From a virus, in the IMG/VR virus record IMGVR_UViG_3300027734_002590, positions 1-64,000 of that record: a DNA stretch of 64,000 nucleotides, one strand, 5' to 3'. This document shows, one piece after another, positions 9,845 to 21,506 of the stretch; the stretch's first letter is position 1, and each line of letters opens with the position of its first letter. The translations under genes were made by a program, and so were the position numbers. The notes below the pieces were generated by a model that was not told the DNA's origin, searched no databases, and saw nothing but the letters and a program-made list of their open reading frames with translations.

Positions 9845-10371
9845 TTTAATTCTCCTTTAAGGAATTCGTGTATGTCTAACCCATACTTGATACTATCAAC
9901 TCTGTGTACTCCTAACAGATACAAACAATAACTGGCCACAGAGCTACCTCGACCTACACCCCAAACAACGTTGTTAGAGCGCATTGTATCAACCAAGTAT
10001 TTAAGATATTTTAATAGGTTGATCATATTATGTTGGCGGAATAATACTAGTTCTTGATGTAGTCGATTTAAGTTTTGTTCTGGACACGAGTCCAATAACC
10101 ATTTCTCAATATCTAAAGTTTTATATTTGTCGGGCATAAACCAGTTATTTTGATTTTGTTTATCAAACTCGTCTATGTTTTCTATCGTTTGATTAAATTG
10201 TATTAACGATGGAAACGGGTCTGCGTTTTGATTTCGTGCTTGATTGAACTGGTTAACAGTCTTACTATCATCGAGATTAATTAAATCTAACGAAGTAATT
10301 TTACCAGAATACAGTCCATTAAAGACGTCCTGTTGATCTAGTATTATTTCGTTAAAGTCAGTTATTTTCAT
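9841..10371 (-). CDS. stand-alone fragment of DNA polymerase III alpha (DnaE)
   Basis: GVGRGSSVASYCLYLLGVHRVDSIKYGL matches the DnaE GPGRGSAAGSLVAY...DP motif. Confidence 0.8.
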   Translation of the reverse strand: MKITDFNEIILDQQDVFNGLYSGKITSLDLINLDDSKTVNQFNQARNQNADPFPSLIQFNQTIENIDEFDKQNQNNWFMPDKYKTLDIEKWLLDSCPEQNLNRLHQELVLFRQHNMINLLKYLKYLVDTMRSNNVVWGVGRGSSVASYCLYLLGVHRVDSIKYGLDIHEFLKGELK

Positions 10372-10377
10372 ATTGAC

Positions 10378-10406
10378 ATTATAGCATATTTTTAAGCTAC
10401 TGTCAA
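10378..10406 (-). promoter_or_regulatory. sigma70-type promoter
   Basis: TTGACA-17-TATAAT. Confidence 0.8.
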
Positions 10407-10643
10407 CTACCGAATTAGATCGTCGAGGTCTTTATTTTGTTTTTCGGCAAAAGATTTATGTTGATCAGCTTGCCTTTTTCTCATTTCTTCTTTGTAGCTT
10501 TCCAGAACAACTAAAATTTGTTGCCCAAGCATACCATTTCCGTTACGAGCAGATATCCAGTATTTCTTAGTTAACTCGTGTATCTTAGTGTCTAACTCAG
10601 TGTCTTTTAAATTGGACAAATCATTAAGCAACGGATTGAACAT
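10407..10643 (-). CDS. hypothetical protein
   Basis: ORF track. Confidence 0.6.
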   Translation of the reverse strand: MFNPLLNDLSNLKDTELDTKIHELTKKYWISARNGNGMLGQQILVVLESYKEEMRKRQADQHKSFAEKQNKDLDDLIR

Positions 10644-10644
10644 A

Positions 10645-11244
10645 TTAAGAAGCCTTAAATGGGCCTGCTATAAATCTAACGTGTAACGGGCCGGAATCAC
10701 CATTTATACTCGAAACTTCGTATAGCACAGGACTAGAAGTTGTTAATGCAATAGGATTAGTTACTCCAGCACCTGATTTAGTATCGAGTAAAATGCTAGT
10801 AGTTGTACTAGCTACTAAGGTCACTGCTACAGTAGTGGTAGTATCAGTATCTCTATATAGTTGTAGTTGTACTGCACCAAAGTTAGAAACAGGAAAGTTA
10901 ACAAAACTTAGATTAGTAGCAGAAGTAATTTTCCAAACTTGATAATTGCCGGAGGTAAAATCGACTGTTTGATTTCCACCAATTGCTCCGATATTATTAC
11001 GGTACGTTTTAATGCTAGAGGATTGTAATATAGCATTTTGAATAATGCCTGTATTTGAAAAATCGTTAGTACTATTTTTAACTACTCCGATTCCTTGTAT
11101 AACAGAAACTTCGTTGGCCAGCGCCTGCATACCATTCTTGATGTTAGAATAGTTATCGCGAAATCCCTGCGTATCATTATCTTGCCCTGCTACGGGAAAG
11201 GTAGTATTGACACTATTAATAAAAGTAGTTGATGTACTTGACAT
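10645..11244 (-). CDS. virion structural protein (tail/baseplate associated)
   Basis: FPVAGQDNDTQGFRDN N-terminus, Thr/Ser-rich; TATAAATA late-type box just upstream. Confidence 0.65.
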   Translation of the reverse strand: MSSTSTTFINSVNTTFPVAGQDNDTQGFRDNYSNIKNGMQALANEVSVIQGIGVVKNSTNDFSNTGIIQNAILQSSSIKTYRNNIGAIGGNQTVDFTSGNYQVWKITSATNLSFVNFPVSNFGAVQLQLYRDTDTTTTVAVTLVASTTTSILLDTKSGAGVTNPIALTTSSPVLYEVSSINGDSGPLHVRFIAGPFKAS

Positions 11245-11268
11245 GTTAAATCCTCATTTGTTCTATAT

Positions 11269-14013
11269 TTATAACGATAATTCGACTGAGTCTTCAGTTA
11301 AGAGATCCTGATCGTCTTCAGTACTGATGTAGAATCCAGTATCTGCGGCCCCAGTTCCGAATAGCAAATATCGAGTTCCGTCATAATCTAGTGGATTTTC
11401 GATAGCTAAACGATCAATATCAAAATCTATAAGTTTAAAATCAAAGCCCGATCGTTTAATGCTACTAATAATCTTGCTACTTTGATTAGGTAATGTATAA
11501 CATAAAATAGATGCTTTAACAAATCCTAAAGGAATTCCGGTATCCGTTTGTAGTGTTTGCATGAATTTTGGTCTATATTCATCATCTATACTTAACGGAT
11601 GCCCGACATCAATTTCGATCTCTTTAATTGAAAATTGTTCATTGATAATACTATCTGGGTAGTATGTTACTAGCTGACCATTAACTGTTTGAGTAAATGA
11701 TTGCGCAACGCTGATTTTATTTCCGATCATTTGATCGTCGACGATATCTAAGTAAACAACGTCATATACATGCTTGCCAGTGCTGTCAACAGCCACCGCA
11801 CTCTTTAATTCTCCGAAATAATATCTTCTACGTTTAAAATAGTATGTAAGTGCAGGAACGTATTTGTCTAAGTCTATTTTCTGAACTCCGTATTGAATGG
11901 TCATTTTAATAGAATGTTGTACACCAAAATTCGGATCATCGCTTCTAAAAATTAAATTCGGGTCAAAGATAGAGAAGTTTTCAATAAGGCTTCGATAATA
12001 TGTTCTTTGTTCTCTTTTAAGCAGTGGCCTTACAAAAATATTTGTGTAAGGAATAATAGTATTTTCAAGTATATCGATTGTAAAATCTTTGCTTACTGCT
12101 GAATATAGGTAACTGTCTCTAGCAGTTACATTGAATGTATATGTTCTGTCAAATGTAGTAGCACCAACATCAAAACTTGTTGTATTAAATCCAGTTGCCG
12201 CAATATCAAAGTTTGTTTGAATATTAGTAGGAATAACTCCGGTGATGTTTCCAGTTGGAGTTAGTGTCAGACCTGGAGGTAACTTACCTCCAGTTAAGTT
12301 ATAAGTTATGTCTAGATTGGCAGAAGTATGCTCGGCTAATATTGCTAGGTCGGATGTATGTCCGGGCTTTAATGTTCCTACGACTTTGTCAGTTAGGAAC
12401 TGTATTGTAGTTTCAATATCACCTTTTAATGTTAAATTAAAAATATGATTATTTGCAACTGTTTCGCCCGAGTCTTGATCTGTTTTTGTTATGCGAACTG
12501 TGAATCTATAATTTCTACTGTAAGCTGGCTGATATGGAATACGTCCGTACAATATACCTTGTTCAGTATCTAATTCAAGTCCGGGTGGATGTACGGCTAA
12601 ACTTCCAATAAACAAAGTAGTGATATCAGGGACACTAAGTTCTAGTTGGTAGTCTACATAACCTATAGCATTAACGCCAATATCTATAAATGAATTTGGA
12701 AGTTGATTACATACAAAATAATGATTAGAAGATAGTACCTTGTACATATCTCCGGGACTATTTGATAACGGGAGATCATTTGTACTATTAACTTCGCCTT
12801 TATATGTTGTAACTACTCCTAGCCCGAGTTTATATCCATTGTCTCCGTATTGTTCCACTGAGTTAATTCGATAAACAGTTGATCCTGCATTTTTTACGTA
12901 TGGATTTAATTGTAAACTCATACCTACTGCTGGAACACCGATAGTTTGTTGTGTAATTAAATATTGAGATCCTAATAAATTAGATACTGGCAAGCCAATA
13001 GTGTTTGTTTCAGAGTTTGACAAAAATCTAATTTCAGGATTTACTTTTATCAAATCCCAATCAAATGCAATAGGTCCAACGAATGGATACGGATCGTATG
13101 CATTTAGATCAATTACTTGATTGTTGTTTGCTCGAAGTGTGCCTAAATTACTTGGGTTAGGTAAAACACTATTGTCAACCTCTAGCCAAAGAGGAGGAAT
13201 TAGATATCCAATGTTGGATAGATAGTTAGTAGTGTCGTCTGTAATCTGCGAAGTGTCAGTTCTAAATGTATTCGGATCTTCGACACGTATTTGAAATTTT
13301 CGTCTAGATACTGAAATGCCGTCAGTTACAGTAACATAAAATTGATATATTTTAGTAATGCTAACTAATCGACCTTGTACTGTATTTCCAAATAGCAACG
13401 CATGGTCATAGGGATAGCCGTCATAAAATTCAGCGTCATACCCTCCAGTCTTACTGGCCAAGAAATCGATCGATAATTGATCATTTACATAACCGCTAAT
13501 TATACCAGTCGTAGGATTTAGTCTTAGGCCTGGCGGTAGCTGTCCATCATTTTCTGCAATGTAGTATGTTATCTTTTGATTCTTTGGAACTAATAGAGTT
13601 GTTGCCTGTAGTGTAAAATCTACTCGACTTCTATTAATACAATATGGTTCGAGATTTGGACCTACTTGTAAATATCCAGTTGGAGTAATCCATTCAGGAT
13701 CTACCGGCCCAGTAATATTAATATTAAATGTCCGGTCAATACTTCCATATTGGTTAGTTGCACGAATAACAAACTCAGTGGAAATATTTTGATTAACTGC
13801 AAACGGTGTACCGGAAATAGTTAATGTAGTAACATCTGTAAATGAGGTGCCGGTGTTAATTTGGAAACTATAATAACCGACGGTACTAATATCGCCAGCA
13901 ATTAAGTCAAAGTCTCTAGCACCTATACTACTTAAAGTAAATGTAACGTTCTTTCCTTGGGGGAAAGTTCCGACAGTTCCTTGCGGAGTTATCCACTTCG
14001 GTGCTAAAGTCAT
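11269..14013 (-). CDS. virion protein with putative Ig-like repeats (baseplate/tail)
   Basis: Repeated LPPGL.L...G.I.G motifs. Confidence 0.75.
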   Translation of the reverse strand: MTLAPKWITPQGTVGTFPQGKNVTFTLSSIGARDFDLIAGDISTVGYYSFQINTGTSFTDVTTLTISGTPFAVNQNISTEFVIRATNQYGSIDRTFNINITGPVDPEWITPTGYLQVGPNLEPYCINRSRVDFTLQATTLLVPKNQKITYYIAENDGQLPPGLRLNPTTGIISGYVNDQLSIDFLASKTGGYDAEFYDGYPYDHALLFGNTVQGRLVSITKIYQFYVTVTDGISVSRRKFQIRVEDPNTFRTDTSQITDDTTNYLSNIGYLIPPLWLEVDNSVLPNPSNLGTLRANNNQVIDLNAYDPYPFVGPIAFDWDLIKVNPEIRFLSNSETNTIGLPVSNLLGSQYLITQQTIGVPAVGMSLQLNPYVKNAGSTVYRINSVEQYGDNGYKLGLGVVTTYKGEVNSTNDLPLSNSPGDMYKVLSSNHYFVCNQLPNSFIDIGVNAIGYVDYQLELSVPDITTLFIGSLAVHPPGLELDTEQGILYGRIPYQPAYSRNYRFTVRITKTDQDSGETVANNHIFNLTLKGDIETTIQFLTDKVVGTLKPGHTSDLAILAEHTSANLDITYNLTGGKLPPGLTLTPTGNITGVIPTNIQTNFDIAATGFNTTSFDVGATTFDRTYTFNVTARDSYLYSAVSKDFTIDILENTIIPYTNIFVRPLLKREQRTYYRSLIENFSIFDPNLIFRSDDPNFGVQHSIKMTIQYGVQKIDLDKYVPALTYYFKRRRYYFGELKSAVAVDSTGKHVYDVVYLDIVDDQMIGNKISVAQSFTQTVNGQLVTYYPDSIINEQFSIKEIEIDVGHPLSIDDEYRPKFMQTLQTDTGIPLGFVKASILCYTLPNQSSKIISSIKRSGFDFKLIDFDIDRLAIENPLDYDGTRYLLFGTGAADTGFYISTEDDQDLLTEDSVELSL

Positions 14014-17000
14014 TACATGCGTCCTACAACAACTTCAATAACTCCAACTTCTGGACTATTGTAATCTTCTAATGCTTTACCTATAACAGTTCCCATCTTA
14101 GGATCGTTGTTTGCCATTGCTACTCCTGGAACATGGCTAGTTACCATTAAGTCGCCTTTCTTAACAATACCGACCACTTTACATGGTACGCGACCAGTTA
14201 GCGCCACATCGATACCTTCTAAGACGCTATTCATTAAGTGTGCTGGGTTAGTAGAAACAACACCTGCAACACGTCTATCGTTAGCTTCTGTGCTTGACGT
14301 AACTTCTTTAGCACCGCCGAACACTAGTACTGTACCAGGTTCGTAGACAATGTCGCTAGTATAACGTTCTGCCAAGTCAGCATATTGTGCCACAGTAGCA
14401 GTACCAGTCATAGTACCTGCACTAAAATTACCACTAGCGTCACGAGCAACAATAGTATTAGCGGTATTAGCATTCGTAGCATCGGAACCTAATGTGAATG
14501 TTCCTCCAGCAGTACCTGTTGCAGTAATATGGCCGCCATTTGATAATCCAACAACACCGTTATTAGTTAGTGTAACTGACCCGCCTAATCCAACGCTACC
14601 ACCTCCGCTCATTCCTGTTCCTGCGGAAACTGTTAAAGAACTGTTAACTAATGAAGAATTTGGAATAGTACTAGCATTAATAAAAGCACCGCTACCACCG
14701 ATACCAGTCTTAACATACAATGTATCCACGTACATAGTTCTGAAATATGTACTAGTAGTACCAATGTCGTAAGTATTGCTTGTACCTGCGTAATGATTTC
14801 GAGTAGTTACGTTAACCTGTGCGTCAAGAGCGGCTGTTTGTATTGTAACTCCGCCAGTAAATGTTACAGCACCTGTATAAGTTCCACCTGCTGTGTTACT
14901 TGTAACACCTAACCATGTACGAACAGTTGAGCTAGACAAATAAGTAGCGGCTACTGAGGTAGCTAAATCGGTTGCACCAAGCAAACCACCACCTGCGGCA
15001 GGCCATTGCATTTTACTTGGCGCAATGCCTGTAGTTGTATTAGTAGCAGTTAGTAGTGTAGCAAAGCCGTTAGCAGTACTAAACATTACTTGATCAAATA
15101 CCACTAGACCTAAACTTGATTGTGTAATACCTACAGAACTTGACGCAGTACCTGCCGCGCTCATTGCTAGTTTACTTTGAGCAATAGCGGCCGCATTATT
15201 AATATGGTGGTTAGTAATTGGATTTGCCGCACCTTGTCCACCAACTAATTTAATAGTTAATGAGTTTCCAGAGCGTGATAGTGTTACATCACTACCACCA
15301 CCATTTGCAGTTGATGTGTTTGTAATAGCCGCAGTATTGTTTGCAACGTTAACTACACTACGAGCCGAGTCATATAACGGAACAGATGTGTTACTGCTTG
15401 CCGTTAGTGCCCCACCAAACATTAAAATGTCTGTATCCGCTTGGCTTGTTAGCACAACATCACGTAATGCTTGGAATTGAGTCTTGCGGTCGACATATCG
15501 TTTAGTTGCAGACTGTCTTACAGGATCAAGAATAATAGTCGATGATACAGGTAAACTACCTGTAGCACCTGCAGATATTGTTATTGCTTGACTGTTGTTT
15601 ATGTCGGTAACAATAGTACCGCCAGCAAATGCAGAATTGTTTAACTGCATTCCTTTATAAATTCCTGCGCTACTTGCTAGTCGTACAACAGTATCACTTA
15701 CGCTAACTGTTCCAGTAGTTGTAACAGTAATTGTAACAGGGTCAGCACTTAACCGTAATGGACCGGCCATAATACCAGCACCCTGTCCACCGTCGTTGGT
15801 ATTTTCATCCATGCCGTCTAAACTAATTTTGCCGTCGACATATCCTTTTGTAGCACCGTCACTTGAACTTGTAGGAACAACAACGTTAATAATTTTGTTA
15901 GTACCCATGTCCAGCGAACCAGTCATTGCAAGAGCGCCGTTTAGTGACATCATGCCAGGACCAATTAGTCCAGCATCAACTGCACCAGTTTTATCAACAC
16001 CTAATCTGTGATCAATATAAGAAACAATAGCAGATTCGACCGGAACTTTACTTAGGCTCTTGGCCGCCATGGTATCGTCTTTAGAGAACTCGTCAACTTC
16101 GACGCCTTTCTTAAACGATAGTTTGCTAATGCCCGTTAAGCTAATTGGTGCGCTAATTGTAACTGTGCCGCGACCTTGGTCAACAGCAAAGTACTTACCG
16201 ACGCGGAAGTTACCGCTTTGGTCAGTAGTTACATAGTAAACTCGTCCCTTACCAATTTCTCTAACTTCCTGTGCCTGATTAGGTTGGATTGTTGGAGGTC
16301 CATATAAATCATTTGGTATTTTAGAAGTAGCGTAACCGCCAGTACCAATGTCGATCATATCATGCGCAGTCGCACGTAACGTTGAAATTTCTACAGTAAT
16401 TGAACCATTGGTATTTTTACTAACACCTGCATACAATGGATCAACAGTCATTTCTCTGGTTAATACAGAAGTTCCTGTATTGTATCCTTGTATTGAAATT
16501 TCCCCCCAGGAAAATCCTGTTTGTGTAGGAGTCTTGTATTCGGTAATTTTATATGTTTCACCTTCATAACCAAACACATAATTGTATACTGGCGAGCTTG
16601 AAAGGCCTGTAGTTATTCTAGCAGAGTCGGAATTGTTTAATGCAAGAACTTTAATAACATTAGTTCCGCTGGTACCACTTAATGTAACAGAGGCTTGTGC
16701 CAATGTCCCACCAGCAGATGCAATAGTTACTAATGGAGCAGTATCATATCCTACACCAGGATCAGTAATCTTAATACTACCAATTCCAGTAACACCGTCG
16801 TTCATTGCATAACCGGTTGCAGTTGTTCCGACAAATGTTAATGTGGCGCCCGCAGTAGACCAAATTTGAGTTTGGCTGGTCTGAATCGTTGTTCGGTCAT
16901 AGCTCACCCATGTAACATACTGATTAGCTAATGCACCACCACCAGTAACTACCATACCAGGATGAATCTGTCCGCTTGCACTTCCAACTAATACTGTCGA

Positions 17001-20000
17001 AACAGGGGCATCTATAGTTCCTTGAGCACCGTTAACAACCGCAGTCTTAGTTGGCGGAGTAGCAAATGTTACTCCATATTGTGTACTAGTTGAATTATAT
17101 CCAGTACCTGCTACATCAATAGTTGGACGACTGACACCTTGTCTGTAAAGGCCGCCTTGGCTATAAGGAGTTATTTGAACATAGTCATAAGACTGATCGC
17201 TTTCAGCTAATACATAGTCACTACCTAAATTTGTATATTCTAAAATTCTATAATTATAAGTGCTTTGTTCATTTAATGTCAGAACCGTACTTGGGCGGGT
17301 TAATGAAGATGCATTTAATCCGTACAGTCTCCATATATATTTTATTCTGATAATAATTGATGTGTTGTTTGCAACGGCCGCATATAAACCGCCGCCAGCA
17401 GTATCTAAACTTAAAGCATAAAAATTTCCAGATACTTGTCTTGCAGTTCTTAAGCTGTATGTTTTTCTAATACCATTATGATTAATTTCTATCTCACTAT
17501 TTGAGTACGGAGCATAACCTGCAATAGTAGATAGATTAACATAAAGATCTCCACCTGCTTTTTGGTTTGTATAAGGTGCCACGTTATAAACTGTAGCAAT
17601 TTGTGATAGATCATCTGGCATTGTTACAGGTAACGGAATTTCGTTAGGATTAGAACCTTCGGCAACAAGACCGTAGGTTCCGTATGCGCTCGAACCTGTA
17701 ATAGTTCTTAATATAGCACCGTTAAGCGCATAGTAAGAAGTGTAGCAGTAATAGGTAAACATCGAAACGTTTTCGATGAAGCCGCCATTGGTAGCAAAAA
17801 TACCATAACCTAAATCGTTCAACTGTGTAAAGTCGTTCGCCAACATAGAACGATTACCAGCAGTAATTAATTCAACTGTGCTCGGTAAGTTACCAATAAA
17901 CCCTTTAACAATATTTGAGCTAAACACTTGGCGCCCAAATGTAACAGTTGGAGTAGATACATATCCAGTTCCGCCTGATACTAGATTAATTGCAGTAATA
18001 GCACCATTGCCGTCTACGCTAACAATAGTTGCACTAGCAGTTAATCCAGCCCCGCCAGGTGCAGAAATATTAATTCTTGTGCCAGTAGTATATTTTTCGC
18101 CACCAGAGTTGATGGTCATTGACGTAATTTCGCCATTACCGCCGATTACAAAATTAAATGTTGCGCCACCTAAAGAAATTGTAGGTTGTGATTCATACCC
18201 CTTACCTGGGAATGTAACAACAATTGATGCAATGTTACCTTGTGCGTTAGTAGTTGCATAACCTCTCGCAGTTAAACTTCCTGCGGTACCTGGACCACTA
18301 AATGTAACAGGCAAGGTAGCAACGTTTGGAGTGAACTCATTTTGCGTGTTTCCGCTGTTAATTGAGACACCTGCAATACCGCCAGGATTATTTGGGTTTA
18401 ATACAAGTGTTCCTGTCTCAGCTACAGAATTGTATGAAAGCATATAATCTGCTTCGTACTTAATTCCGTTGACAATAAAAAATGTTGGGAATACTGGAAG
18501 TCTTCGAACTCCACTAACTGGTACATAAATTAAATTTCCGTCAGTATCAGATTGTGCTGTGGCCGACGTTGTAGTTAATGGCAAGTTACCTGTGAATCCA
18601 TCAACAAAGAAACCACCTGCAAAATGATGTCTTCCTTTACTTTGAGCAAATGACGAGCATGTTTGTGTATATGGTGATTTAGATTTGACTTGACCTTCTG
18701 GATCTAACACTTTCATAAATCCACCGTGGCCATTGGCGCCTAGGTAGCGTAACATAGTTGCATCGTTCATTAAGAAGATGTCTATCTCGCTGTTATATTT
18801 AGGAGGGTTAAAATCTGGATCTGCTAGCAAGATTCCCTGCATAGCAGTTACTAAGTCGGCAATCGTGCTTGAAGCTCCTGCTTCAGCTTCGACGGTACCG
18901 ATAACTTGGTCTACTGCACTATATGTTGTAGTTACTGTATTTTGTTGGAATAAATCTTGGGCAAGAATATTAATGTATCCAAACGCATCTGCTGTTTGTG
19001 AAAGTTCATTGTTAATAACTTCATTAACTCTTGCAGAATAATAAAAATCTGCCGCGTTGATCGATGAGTTAATGCCACCGTATTTTAAATCGTATGCTAA
19101 TGCATCTACAATAAGACCAACGTCTCTTGCACAAGTAGCTTGGTCATAAACAAATGATCCGCCGTAGACTGCATCAATATAGCCAACAACCTCTGCTTTA
19201 ATAAAATCTATGTTGTCTAAAAGAATTTTTGAAGCAAAGTCGTATCCACCTGCATTAGGACTTGCAAGATAGTTTACAGCCCTGCTAGGATCTCTTAGAT
19301 AATGATAACCAAAGTTAATAGGTGCATAAATGTTCCAGCTACCTGGGGAAATTTGATTGGTATTATTAATCCGTCTTGTGCCTAAATTATTTTCTGCAAG
19401 GTTAACCGTAAATGTAGGACCTTGTACGGAAGTAATTTCACCACGGCCGCCAGCACCAACAAACACCTTTTTAATCCACGAAGCGTTAGCGTTACCTGAG
19501 CCTAGGCTAAAAGTAACAACACCAGTAGTAGCATCGTTAGTAACACCATCAGGTGTTACAGTAGTATTAGTTGCGTAATTGGTTGTTTCGTCTAGTGAAA
19601 CAACAATCATTCCGTCTACCTGTGTATCTCTTCTAAACCAAATATCTGCCCATTTAGATGTAGAAATAGAATATCGAGTAGTTCCTCTAACATACGCCGG
19701 CTTAATAATTGTACGACGGAATTCATCTCCTTTGATAGAAATGTTGTCGCCGATACGGATCGGAAGCTGTTCGTCGTATTCACCTGATTCAACAAGAAGT
19801 GAAATTTCTAATTTATTGTATCGCTGGCCGTACCATAGTTCTTCGCCTTCTTCAAAGTATCCTGAGTAAACGTGCCAATTAGCACCGCTAATAATACTAG
19901 TGCCAATTAACGGAACATCCATCTTAACAGTAATTTCGTCATATACATTACCGTTAGGTGCATAGTACAATCCTACACTTTGAATAACACCCGATCCACC

Positions 20001-21428
20001 GCCGGCGCCTGAATCAATAACAAATTTATAACCTACCCAAAAGTCTGGAATTTCAATTAGATTAGGTTCGAACAATCTAAAAGTTACAGTTCCTGAAACT
20101 GCATCAGGTGTAATCGGTGATTCAAATGTATCAGCATAATCAACATATTGAATTTCATAATATTCAGTTACGTTACTAGATGCTTCTAAAGCCAAGTTTA
20201 AAATTTGACCAATAGCTGAGGAGTTTGTTCCTAACAAATATTGTCCAGGACGGATACTGCGTTCAATAAAACAGTCAGTTCCATTTCCGCCAATATATGT
20301 AACATCTATACGGAAGGCGTTAGGAATATTAGCCGACGGAAGAATGCTATTAATAACAACAGGGTCTGTATAATTGTTAGTTGTTATCTTGCGTTTGTAA
20401 ACACCTAGCTTAATTTGTGATGCTTTTGAATATTGTAGTGCGGCTTGTGCGGCACGGTTAATAGTTCTAAACGCCCACGCCAAACTACGACCGCGCTTAT
20501 ACGGAGGAATGTCATAGCGAGCATCATTACCGTTTAAACTTACATAAAAGTTTTGACGACTTGGAAAACCTTGATTGTCAACGTATCCTTTTGTAGCCGC
20601 CATGTTGGCAGGGTCATTTTCTGTCGGAGCTCTTGACAGATACAACGGGCCAGTCATTGCACCAAATGCAGGATTAATTTGTCCTGTCTCTGGGTCAACG
20701 GTGTCAATACCTTGTAAACTAATTTTTGTATCTACGTAATCTTTACGTGTTAGGTGACTTTCTCGCCATGCACCCAATGTTAGATCTAATGTTTTTGTTA
20801 CACCTGTAGTTGTGTAATCGTATGTTGTAATAACTTTTCCAACGTTAGTTGTAGTGTTAGTACCAGTTAGCACCATTCGAACGTTAGAGCGGAAAGTGCT
20901 TCCTTCTACAACTGTTGTAGTATTGTTTGCGCCAGTTTGCGGATTGGTGCTAGAAATGTACTCGTATTGAGCATCGCGATTAACAAAGTGATCAAAGATC
21001 CATTTCTTTGTTGTTAAGTCTTTGTCGTCAACTGGATTACCGAATATTGTTGCTCGATAATTTGCACCCTGTAGATTATTTGCTAAAATTGGTGTAGGGT
21101 CGTTGATTAAGTTTGTGATCGTGGCATTAATTTCGACTCTTTTATTGGGCTGATCGACGGTAATTTGAATACCGTTAGCACCAGTCAAGGTCATTTGTGT
21201 TACAGTTAGACCCGTAGCATCAGTTACAATGAACTTATTTGCAGTTAATACTTTCGGTCCGTCCGCTAATTTTGTGAATAACAGACCCGAACCAATACCC
21301 GCTACGTTAAAAATTGTTTCAAAATTTTGATTAACCTTGTCGAATGCTGTTCTGATAGCTTCGCCTGTTCCGTCGTTTGCTTGCGCACCAAGATTAATTA
21401 ACAGTCTATTTGATGATGTAGTTGCCAT
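14013..21428 (-). CDS. giant tail fibre / virion structural protein (2471 aa)
   Basis: NDGTGEAIRTAFDKVNQNF start, repeated ATKGYVD and G.GY...P.VT motifs, C-terminal YADLAERY...GVIEVVVGR. Confidence 0.8.
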   Translation of the reverse strand: MATTSSNRLLINLGAQANDGTGEAIRTAFDKVNQNFETIFNVAGIGSGLLFTKLADGPKVLTANKFIVTDATGLTVTQMTLTGANGIQITVDQPNKRVEINATITNLINDPTPILANNLQGANYRATIFGNPVDDKDLTTKKWIFDHFVNRDAQYEYISSTNPQTGANNTTTVVEGSTFRSNVRMVLTGTNTTTNVGKVITTYDYTTTGVTKTLDLTLGAWRESHLTRKDYVDTKISLQGIDTVDPETGQINPAFGAMTGPLYLSRAPTENDPANMAATKGYVDNQGFPSRQNFYVSLNGNDARYDIPPYKRGRSLAWAFRTINRAAQAALQYSKASQIKLGVYKRKITTNNYTDPVVINSILPSANIPNAFRIDVTYIGGNGTDCFIERSIRPGQYLLGTNSSAIGQILNLALEASSNVTEYYEIQYVDYADTFESPITPDAVSGTVTFRLFEPNLIEIPDFWVGYKFVIDSGAGGGSGVIQSVGLYYAPNGNVYDEITVKMDVPLIGTSIISGANWHVYSGYFEEGEELWYGQRYNKLEISLLVESGEYDEQLPIRIGDNISIKGDEFRRTIIKPAYVRGTTRYSISTSKWADIWFRRDTQVDGMIVVSLDETTNYATNTTVTPDGVTNDATTGVVTFSLGSGNANASWIKKVFVGAGGRGEITSVQGPTFTVNLAENNLGTRRINNTNQISPGSWNIYAPINFGYHYLRDPSRAVNYLASPNAGGYDFASKILLDNIDFIKAEVVGYIDAVYGGSFVYDQATCARDVGLIVDALAYDLKYGGINSSINAADFYYSARVNEVINNELSQTADAFGYINILAQDLFQQNTVTTTYSAVDQVIGTVEAEAGASSTIADLVTAMQGILLADPDFNPPKYNSEIDIFLMNDATMLRYLGANGHGGFMKVLDPEGQVKSKSPYTQTCSSFAQSKGRHHFAGGFFVDGFTGNLPLTTTSATAQSDTDGNLIYVPVSGVRRLPVFPTFFIVNGIKYEADYMLSYNSVAETGTLVLNPNNPGGIAGVSINSGNTQNEFTPNVATLPVTFSGPGTAGSLTARGYATTNAQGNIASIVVTFPGKGYESQPTISLGGATFNFVIGGNGEITSMTINSGGEKYTTGTRINISAPGGAGLTASATIVSVDGNGAITAINLVSGGTGYVSTPTVTFGRQVFSSNIVKGFIGNLPSTVELITAGNRSMLANDFTQLNDLGYGIFATNGGFIENVSMFTYYCYTSYYALNGAILRTITGSSAYGTYGLVAEGSNPNEIPLPVTMPDDLSQIATVYNVAPYTNQKAGGDLYVNLSTIAGYAPYSNSEIEINHNGIRKTYSLRTARQVSGNFYALSLDTAGGGLYAAVANNTSIIIRIKYIWRLYGLNASSLTRPSTVLTLNEQSTYNYRILEYTNLGSDYVLAESDQSYDYVQITPYSQGGLYRQGVSRPTIDVAGTGYNSTSTQYGVTFATPPTKTAVVNGAQGTIDAPVSTVLVGSASGQIHPGMVVTGGGALANQYVTWVSYDRTTIQTSQTQIWSTAGATLTFVGTTATGYAMNDGVTGIGSIKITDPGVGYDTAPLVTIASAGGTLAQASVTLSGTSGTNVIKVLALNNSDSARITTGLSSSPVYNYVFGYEGETYKITEYKTPTQTGFSWGEISIQGYNTGTSVLTREMTVDPLYAGVSKNTNGSITVEISTLRATAHDMIDIGTGGYATSKIPNDLYGPPTIQPNQAQEVREIGKGRVYYVTTDQSGNFRVGKYFAVDQGRGTVTISAPISLTGISKLSFKKGVEVDEFSKDDTMAAKSLSKVPVESAIVSYIDHRLGVDKTGAVDAGLIGPGMMSLNGALAMTGSLDMGTNKIINVVVPTSSSDGATKGYVDGKISLDGMDENTNDGGQGAGIMAGPLRLSADPVTITVTTTGTVSVSDTVVRLASSAGIYKGMQLNNSAFAGGTIVTDINNSQAITISAGATGSLPVSSTIILDPVRQSATKRYVDRKTQFQALRDVVLTSQADTDILMFGGALTASSNTSVPLYDSARSVVNVANNTAAITNTSTANGGGSDVTLSRSGNSLTIKLVGGQGAANPITNHHINNAAAIAQSKLAMSAAGTASSSVGITQSSLGLVVFDQVMFSTANGFATLLTATNTTTGIAPSKMQWPAAGGGLLGATDLATSVAATYLSSSTVRTWLGVTSNTAGGTYTGAVTFTGGVTIQTAALDAQVNVTTRNHYAGTSNTYDIGTTSTYFRTMYVDTLYVKTGIGGSGAFINASTIPNSSLVNSSLTVSAGTGMSGGGSVGLGGSVTLTNNGVVGLSNGGHITATGTAGGTFTLGSDATNANTANTIVARDASGNFSAGTMTGTATVAQYADLAERYTSDIVYEPGTVLVFGGAKEVTSSTEANDRRVAGVVSTNPAHLMNSVLEGIDVALTGRVPCKVVGIVKKGDLMVTSHVPGVAMANNDPKMGTVIGKALEDYNSPEVGVIEVVVGRM

Positions 21429-21506
21429 TTTTTCCCCTACGATATTATATTTATTGGGACATAAGCGGCCCCAATTCCGTCGTTTACCGTATTATAGGGT
21501 ATTTAG

